This document shows positions 26,812 through 32,000 of a DNA stretch of 32,000 bases, piece by piece. The stretch is taken from NCBI RefSeq assembly GCF_001644705.1, contig NZ_CP015137.1, forward strand, positions 4,080,001 to 4,112,000, in the 5' to 3' direction. This DNA comes from Dickeya solani IPO 2222 (GTDB taxonomy: Bacteria; Pseudomonadota; Gammaproteobacteria; Enterobacterales; Enterobacteriaceae). Under the pieces are notes generated by a model that saw nothing but the letters and a program-made list of their open reading frames with translations, was not told the DNA's origin and ran no database searches. Within the stretch, counting starts at the first letter, position 1; every line of letters starts with the position of its first letter. A program made the translations under genes and the position numbers.

Positions 26812-27243
26812 ATGAAAAATTCGATTCCTGGCGTAGACGTGCTGTTCGTGGCTGGCTTTGGGCCGATAACGGTATCCGTTCCGGTCAGCCAAACGTTCTA
26901 TCAGACGATGTTGAATCTGCCGTTGAAACCGATGGCGGGTAATGAAGACTACCTCACCAGCGACGAGCTGGGCGGCGTGAAGCATTTCGCGCTATGGCCG
27001 CTGGCGCAGGCCAGTCAATCCTGTTTCGGCAGCGATGACTGGCCGTCGACGTATCCGACGCCGCAGGGCTGGATGGAACTGGAGGTGGCGGATATCGCCG
27101 CCGCCACCGAGGCGATCAAACAGCAGGGGTATCCGCTGCTGGTGGATAATCGGCTGGAACCCTGGGGGCAGACGGTTACCCGCTTCCTCAGCCCGGAGGG
27201 CCTGCTGTTGGGCGTGACCCATACGCCGTGGCTCAGAGACTGA
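26812..27243 (+). CDS. VOC / glyoxalase-bleomycin-resistance fold family protein
   Basis: 143 aa. The beta-alpha-beta-beta-beta style segments and the C-terminal ...EPWGQTVTRFLSPEGLLLGVTHTPW are typical of glyoxalase-like proteins. GTG at 26809 is an alternative start. Confidence 0.7.
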   Translation: MKNSIPGVDVLFVAGFGPITVSVPVSQTFYQTMLNLPLKPMAGNEDYLTSDELGGVKHFALWPLAQASQSCFGSDDWPSTYPTPQGWMELEVADIAAATEAIKQQGYPLLVDNRLEPWGQTVTRFLSPEGLLLGVTHTPWLRD

Positions 27244-27246
27244 AAC

Positions 27247-28167
27247 TCAGGCGGGGCACAGCCCCAGCGACTGTGCCGCCTGCTCCAGCGCCGCCCGCAA
27301 CAGCACGCGGTCATGGTGGTGCGGCACGTCCTGCGCTTCCAGCGGCTGCTGGATGATTAGACGATCGTCCACCCCGCGGGTGTCCGCTCGGGGGTCGACG
27401 ACCACGGCGTCAATGATGCGCCGGTCAATTTTGCTCTCGATAAGCTGCAATTTCTGCACCAGCGTCAGACGGCTAGCGATCTGGCTTTGTTCATCCCCCA
27501 GATTACCGATGTACACCAGCGGCGCGCGGGCGTCATGCAGCGATTGCGCCAGATCGGCGAGCAGTAAAGGCGGCATCAGGCTGGTAAGAAAGCTGCCGGG
27601 GCCGATCAGGATCAGGTCCGCCTCGGCAATCGCCGTCAGCGCTTCCTGTGTGGCGGGGGCGGCCGGATAGAGCATCAGATCCTGCGGCAGGGCGGCGAGC
27701 TGGTCCACCGCCACTTCGCCGTACACCGGATTGCCCAGCGTATCAATCGCCAGCAGGTCGACCGGTTGCTCCGACATCGGAATCAGCAGCGCGTCCACCT
27801 TGAGCAGGTTGCGTATCAGGTTGATGGCTTCCAGCGGACGCACACTGAGGTGATCCATCGCCTTGAGCATCAGATTGCCAAGATTGTGACCGGACAGTTC
27901 GCCGTTGCCGCTGAAACGGTATTCGAACATCGCCGACGCCACGCTGGGGACGGTGATCAACTGGTTCAGGCAGTTACGGGTGTCACCCCAGGCAATGCCG
28001 CCTTCCGAACGGCGAATTCGCCCGGTGGATCCGCCATTGTCGGTCGTGGTGACGATGCCGGTCAGCCGCGACCCCAGAAAGGAGAGCGATGACATGGCGC
28101 GCCCCAGTCCGTGGCCGCCGCCCAGCGCCACAACACGATCCAGCTCCGCCAATGTGCGATTCCCCAT
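27247..28167 (-). CDS. ybhK: YvcK/YbhK family gluconeogenesis factor (CofD-like, UPF0052)
   Basis: 306 aa from the ATG at 28167. [53 protein letters not shown] compares with E. coli Ybh[54 protein letters not shown]. Confidence 0.92.
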   Translation of the reverse strand: MGNRTLAELDRVVALGGGHGLGRAMSSLSFLGSRLTGIVTTTDNGGSTGRIRRSEGGIAWGDTRNCLNQLITVPSVASAMFEYRFSGNGELSGHNLGNLMLKAMDHLSVRPLEAINLIRNLLKVDALLIPMSEQPVDLLAIDTLGNPVYGEVAVDQLAALPQDLMLYPAAPATQEALTAIAEADLILIGPGSFLTSLMPPLLLADLAQSLHDARAPLVYIGNLGDEQSQIASRLTLVQKLQLIESKIDRRIIDAVVVDPRADTRGVDDRLIIQQPLEAQDVPHHHDRVLLRAALEQAAQSLGLCPA

Positions 28168-28401
28168 AAATACCCTTATCTTTCGGTTATCTGCCGTAAA
28201 AAGTAGCGGATATATACCACATCTTTCATTGAAGCAGCATAAGCGCCGACAGAAATTTTCAACGCGCCTCACTGGATGGCTACAGGTCACACACCCTGTC
28301 GCAAAAAAGCGACAGGCGGTGGTGCAGCCAATGCCTGCCCGCTAACCAGAAAACGGTTAGCCGCAGAGGAATTTTTCAGCGGAAATCAGTGAGTAGCCAC
28401 T

Positions 28402-28426
28402 AATCGTTAACAACAATCGTTAACAA
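28402..28426. repeat. Two perfect 12-bp direct repeats (aatcgttaacaa) with 13-bp period, each containing palindromic GTTAAC
   Basis: Copies at 28402-28413 and 28415-28426, in the divergent ybhK/cioA intergenic region. Confidence 0.6.
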
Positions 28427-28794
28427 TAGGAAAGCGGATTTTTTAAAATATGATGGTCTTATAAAGAGTGTAATGAATTATGCTGTTATATTTTTAAGGA
28501 TGTTTTTTATATTTTTGTTTTTTAATGATATTTAAATTTATTCTTTGCGAATTTAGCCGTAAAAAATAAAAAAACGCACAGATGAGTCACACTGTTATGG
28601 TCTAAATAATACAGACTGTTTATGTCCATTTATTCCCGCCCATTTTAAGATCCCTGCCGGTTGTATTCCGTCACCGGCGTGAGTACGGCAGGCGCTGTTT
28701 TGTTCGGCGCGCGTCGGCGATATTCCCCATCTCGGCCTGCGCCCAGCCGACAAGTAAATCGATAGTAGGGCTGTTTGCAGTCCAGAGGTAAGAC

Positions 28795-30210
28795 ATGTTC
28801 GGACTCGATGCATTTCATCTGGCAAGGATCCAGTTTGCGTTCACGGTATCCTTCCATATCATTTTTCCCGCCATCACCATCGGGCTGGCCAGTTTTCTGG
28901 CGGTGCTGGAAGGACTGTGGCTGAAAACCAACAACCGCGACTACCGCGATCTCTACCATTTCTGGTCGAAAATCTTTGCCGTTAACTTTGGCATGGGCGT
29001 GGTGTCCGGTCTGGTGATGGCCTACCAGTTTGGCACCAACTGGAGCGGGTTTTCCCAGTTTGCCGGCAGTATCACCGGCCCGCTGTTGACCTATGAGGTG
29101 CTGACCGCCTTTTTTCTGGAGGCCGGTTTTCTCGGCGTCATGCTGTTTGGCTGGCAGCGGGTCGGGCCGGGGCTGCACTTCTTCGCCACCTGCATGGTGG
29201 CGCTGGGCACCATCATTTCCACCTTCTGGATCCTCGCCTCCAACAGCTGGATGCAGACCCCGCAGGGCCACGAAATCCATAATGGCGTCGTGGTGCCGGT
29301 GGACTGGCTGGCGGTGATCTTTAACCCGTCGTTCCCGTACCGGCTGATGCACATGGCGACGGCGGCGTTTCTTGCCAGCGCTTTCTTTGTCGGCGCGTCC
29401 GCCGCCTGGCATCTGCTGCGTAACAACGACACGCCGGCGATTCGCAAAATGCTGTCGATGGCGCTCTGGATGGCACTGTTCGTCGCGCCGGTTCAGGCGC
29501 TGTTGGGAGACATGCACGGCCTGAATACATTGAAATATCAACCGGCCAAGATCGCGGCGATTGAAGGGCACTGGGATAATCCGCCCGGCGAGCCGACGCC
29601 GCTGATTTTGTTTGGCTGGCCGGATATGGAACAGGAAACCACCCGCTATGCGTTGGAAATCCCTTATCTGGGCAGCCTGATCCTGACCCACAGCCTGGAC
29701 CAGCAGGTGCCGGCATTGAAAAGCTTCCCGAAAGACGAACGTCCCAATTCGACGGTGGTGTTCTGGTCGTTTCGTATCATGGTCGGGCTGGGAATGCTGA
29801 TGATCTTGCTGGGCGCGATCGGTCTGTGGCTGCGCTGGCGCCGTCGGTTGTATCAATCGCGGCCGTTTTTGTGGTTCACCCTGCTGATGGGGCCGTCGGG
29901 GTTGGTCGCCATTCTGGCGGGGTGGTTTACCACCGAGGTGGGGCGTCAGCCGTGGGTGGTTTACGGTTTACAGCGCACCCGCGACGCGGTATCGGCGCAC
30001 GGCGACCTGCAAATGAGCATCAGTCTGCTGCTGTTTATCGCGGTGTATCTGTCGGTATTCGGCGTCGGTTATGTCTATCTGGTAAGACTGATCAAGAAAG
30101 GACCGCAAGCGGGAGAAGGCGACGCCGCGCCTGCCGGCGGTCCGGGGCAGCCGTCTACACCGGCGCGGCCGCTGTCCGCGGTGCCGGAAACGCTGGAAGA
30201 GGGGAAATAA
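28795..30210 (+). CDS. cioA: Cytochrome bd-type ubiquinol oxidase subunit I, short-Q-loop (CioA-like) type
   Basis: 471 aa. MFGLDAFHLARIQFAFTVSFHIIFPAITIGLA..., GWFTTEVGRQPWVVYG, and the short length are consistent with the cyanide-insensitive CioA subgroup rather than the 520+ aa CydA/AppC. SD: GAGGtaagacATG. Confidence 0.9.
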   Translation: MFGLDAFHLARIQFAFTVSFHIIFPAITIGLASFLAVLEGLWLKTNNRDYRDLYHFWSKIFAVNFGMGVVSGLVMAYQFGTNWSGFSQFAGSITGPLLTYEVLTAFFLEAGFLGVMLFGWQRVGPGLHFFATCMVALGTIISTFWILASNSWMQTPQGHEIHNGVVVPVDWLAVIFNPSFPYRLMHMATAAFLASAFFVGASAAWHLLRNNDTPAIRKMLSMALWMALFVAPVQALLGDMHGLNTLKYQPAKIAAIEGHWDNPPGEPTPLILFGWPDMEQETTRYALEIPYLGSLILTHSLDQQVPALKSFPKDERPNSTVVFWSFRIMVGLGMLMILLGAIGLWLRWRRRLYQSRPFLWFTLLMGPSGLVAILAGWFTTEVGRQPWVVYGLQRTRDAVSAHGDLQMSISLLLFIAVYLSVFGVGYVYLVRLIKKGPQAGEGDAAPAGGPGQPSTPARPLSAVPETLEEGK

Positions 30211-30211
30211 C

Positions 30212-31219
30212 GTGGGTATCGAACTTTCTGTCATCTGGTTCGCCATCATCATCTTCGCCACGCTGATGTACATCGTGATGGACGGCTTTGATCTGGGCAT
30301 CGGCATGTTGTTTCCTTTTCATCGCCATGCCGCCGACCGGGACCTGATGGTCAATACCGTCGCGCCGGTGTGGGACGGCAACGAAACCTGGCTGGTGCTG
30401 GGCGGCGCCGGGTTGTTTGGCGCGTTCCCGCTGGCCTACGCGGTAATTGTGGATGCGCTGACCATTCCGCTGACGCTGATGCTGGTTGGGCTGATTTTCC
30501 GCGGCGTCGCGTTTGAGTTTCGCTTCAAGGCGACGCCGTCGCACCGTCCGTTCTGGGATCAGGCCTTTATGTGGGGCTCGCTGGTCGCCACCTTCTTTCA
30601 GGGCGTCACCGTCGGCGCGGTGCTCAACGGTTTTGAGGTGACCGATCGCCATTTCTCCGGCCCGGTATTAGGCTGGTTGACGCCGTTTTCGCTGTTCTGC
30701 GGCGTCGGGCTGGTGGTGGCGTATGCGTTGTTGGGGTGTACCTGGCTTATCATGAAAACCGGGCAGGAACTGCATCGACGCATGTCCGCGCTGGCGCCAT
30801 CGCTGGTGGTGGCGTTGCTGGCGGTAATCGTGGTGATCAGTCTGTGGACCCCGCTGGCGCATCCGGCGATCAAACAGCGCTGGTTTTCGCTGCCTAACCT
30901 GTTCTGGTTCCTGCCGGTTCCGCTGCTGGTGGCGGCCTGTGCGGCGGGAATAGTACGCGGCGTGCGCCGTCACGCGCATTATTCGCCGTTCCTGCTGACG
31001 TTAGCGCTGATTTTCCTCGGCTTTACCGGGCTCGGCATCAGCCTGTGGCCCATGATCATTCCGCCGTCGCTGACGCTGTGGGACGCCGCTGCGCCGGCGC
31101 AGAGTCAGGGGTTCATGCTGGTCGGCGCGCTGCTGATCATCCCGGTGATCCTCGGTTATACCTTCTGGAGCTACTACGTCTTTCGGGGAAAAGTCCGCCC
31201 GGATGAGGGGTACCACTGA
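30212..31219 (+). CDS. cioB: Cytochrome bd-type ubiquinol oxidase subunit II (CioB/CydB family), GTG start
   Basis: 335 aa. MGIELSVIWFAIIIFATLMYIVMDGFDLGIG...WDGNETWLV are typical subunit II motifs. It starts 2 nt after the subunit I stop. Confidence 0.9.
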   Translation: MGIELSVIWFAIIIFATLMYIVMDGFDLGIGMLFPFHRHAADRDLMVNTVAPVWDGNETWLVLGGAGLFGAFPLAYAVIVDALTIPLTLMLVGLIFRGVAFEFRFKATPSHRPFWDQAFMWGSLVATFFQGVTVGAVLNGFEVTDRHFSGPVLGWLTPFSLFCGVGLVVAYALLGCTWLIMKTGQELHRRMSALAPSLVVALLAVIVVISLWTPLAHPAIKQRWFSLPNLFWFLPVPLLVAACAAGIVRGVRRHAHYSPFLLTLALIFLGFTGLGISLWPMIIPPSLTLWDAAAPAQSQGFMLVGALLIIPVILGYTFWSYYVFRGKVRPDEGYH

Positions 31220-31413
31220 TGAAGCTTTTTGCCGTAAGAACAGCTTTTAAGGGCAGTGTAATGGAGAGGGCGACCTCGCAAAAGCCGGTTCGACCGCTGT
31301 GGCGACGACTGGTATGGATGCTGGTGTTATGGAGCGCCAGCGTGCTGGCGCTGGGTGTGGTCGCCACGCTGTTTCGCCTGCTGATGACCGCCGCCGGGCT
31401 GAAAACGCACTGA
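31219..31413 (+). CDS. Small membrane protein, DUF2474-like, coupled to cioB
   Basis: The ATG at 31219 overlaps the cioB stop (TGATG); the ATG at 31261 (MERATSQKP...) is an alternative. The C-terminus has a single TM helix (LWRRLVWMLVLWSASVLALGVVATLFRLLMTAAGL), like the DUF2474 peptides found after cio operons. Confidence 0.6.
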   Translation: MKLFAVRTAFKGSVMERATSQKPVRPLWRRLVWMLVLWSASVLALGVVATLFRLLMTAAGLKTH

Positions 31414-31454
31414 TTATCCGCTGTCTTTGTTATCTGCATTTTTATCCGCATCCG

Positions 31455-31480
31455 ATGCCCGCCGGTTGTCCGGCGGGCAT
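31455..31480 (+). terminator. Terminator of the cio operon (atgcccgccgg-ttgt-ccggcgggcat)
   Basis: An 11-bp perfect GC-rich stem 40 nt after the small ORF. The T-tract is weak (gttccgtt). Confidence 0.6.
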
Positions 31481-31620
31481 GTTCCGTTAACCGGGTAAAA
31501 CCGGTTCATTTCGCGTGCCTTACCTCCAGAGGGGTAGGGGATAAGCGTCATCCTATGACTCAGGTCAGGAAAGCTGGGTGGATTTCCGCTATGCTGAGCG
31601 CCAAAATAGTGAATGAAATC

Positions 31621-31643
31621 CGCTATATACAGGGTTATATACC
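31621..31643. promoter_or_regulatory. ModE-like binding site upstream of moaA
   Basis: CGCTATATAcagggtTATATACCG matches the ModE consensus core (CGnTATATA-N6-TATATAnCG). E. coli moaA is ModE-activated. Confidence 0.55.
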
Positions 31644-31734
31644 GTATTTTCAGTGACGAATAACCTGATTTGGCGATAGACTTCATGAAGCAATCACGGT
31701 TGTCCGGTGTCGGTGAAACCACGCCGGGAAATCA

Positions 31735-31850
31735 AACTCCTAGCCCCGGAGCCTAAGTTCGCGCGCAAGCGAGGATAAGGTTCCCTGGCCGTGGCCGATG
31801 GTCACCAGGGTGCAGGGTAGAAATGCCCGCATCTCCCGTATTTGGAAAGG
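31735..31850 (+). promoter_or_regulatory. Moco (molybdenum cofactor) riboswitch-like leader of moaA
   Basis: It occupies the position of the E. coli moaA Moco RNA motif. It contains CCGGAGCC, a CCCTGG...CCAGGG helix, a GCAGGG...CCCGC helix, and the 3' CTCCC...GGAAAGG segment that sequesters the RBS. Boundaries are approximate and no covariance model was run. Confidence 0.6.
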
Positions 31851-31855
31851 TGTTT

Positions 31856-32000
31856 ATGGTGAGTCAACTGACCGATGCGTTTGCGCGCAAGTTTTACTAT
31901 TTGCGCCTGTCGATAACGGATGTCTGTAATTTCCGCTGTACCTATTGTCTGCCGGACGGCTACCAGCCGAATGGCGCGACGCCCCATCGTTTTCTGTCGC
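31856..32000 (+). CDS. moaA: GTP 3',8-cyclase MoaA (5' partial, continues beyond the window)
   Basis: Manual translation gives [40 protein letters not shown]..., compared with E. coli [40 protein letters not shown]. The radical-SAM CxxxCxxC motif is present. Confidence 0.95.
   Translation, partial: MVSQLTDAFARKFYYLRLSITDVCNFRCTYCLPDGYQPNGATPHRFLS

Noticed and set aside
28645-29856. 403-aa minus-strand ORF over cioA (and 30155..30652 and others over cioB)
   Set aside because: It is antisense to clear bd-oxidase subunits. The translations are highly basic and low in complexity.
31414-31722. 102-aa minus-strand ORF between the cio operon and moaA (also 31802..31987)
   Set aside because: It overlaps the cio terminator and the ModE-like site, and the second ORF overlaps the riboswitch and the moaA start. 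Neither has an RBS or motifs.

Overview
This is a chromosomal segment from a gamma-proteobacterial Enterobacterales genome. The gene order and operator sequences closely match E. coli. The high G+C (judged by eye) suggests a Dickeya-, Brenneria- or Serratia-like host, but that is inference only.

The conserved backbone, left to right:
- tRNA-Asn, mtfA, tRNA-Ser(CGA)
- a yqaE-like proteolipid gene and a WrbA-like flavodoxin gene
- a hotdog thioesterase, then moeB-moeA
- maeA and cdd
- yohK-yohJ (LrgB/LrgA-like)
- a periplasmic GH3 glycosidase
- bioA, then divergent bioBFCD sharing a BirA operator
- uvrB with a LexA box and DnaA boxes
- a VOC/glyoxalase-fold protein and ybhK/yvcK
- a cioAB-type cytochrome bd oxidase plus a DUF2474 peptide
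- the moaA leader (ModE-like site plus a Moco-riboswitch-like RNA) and the moaA 5' end

Several apparently acquired pieces are inserted into this backbone:
1. The end of a tRNA-Asn-integrated island (DUF736 gene plus a frameshifted P4-type integrase).
2. A low-GC islet of about 2.6 kb directly 3' of tRNA-Ser. It carries a two-gene operon: an XRE/CI-like HTH regulator followed by a 383-aa protein. That protein has an HsdR-N-terminal-like PD-(D/E)xK core fused to an unrecognisable C-terminal domain. No methyltransferase, helicase or specificity gene is present. This is my best candidate for an undescribed defence or toxin module.
3. A single 439-aa PD-(D/E)xK (PDDEXK_4-like) gene wedged between yohK and cdd, which are adjacent in E. 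coli.
4. A low-GC GT2-plus-TPR glycosyltransferase singleton.

There are also unexplained non-coding structures. These include six exact-period 17-bp tandem repeats upstream of the GH3 gene and an orphan minus-strand terminator in the bioD-uvrB spacer.

No CRISPR array, rRNA or intact transposase was seen. All assignments come from reading the translations and sequence by eye. No database search or numeric GC calculation was run.
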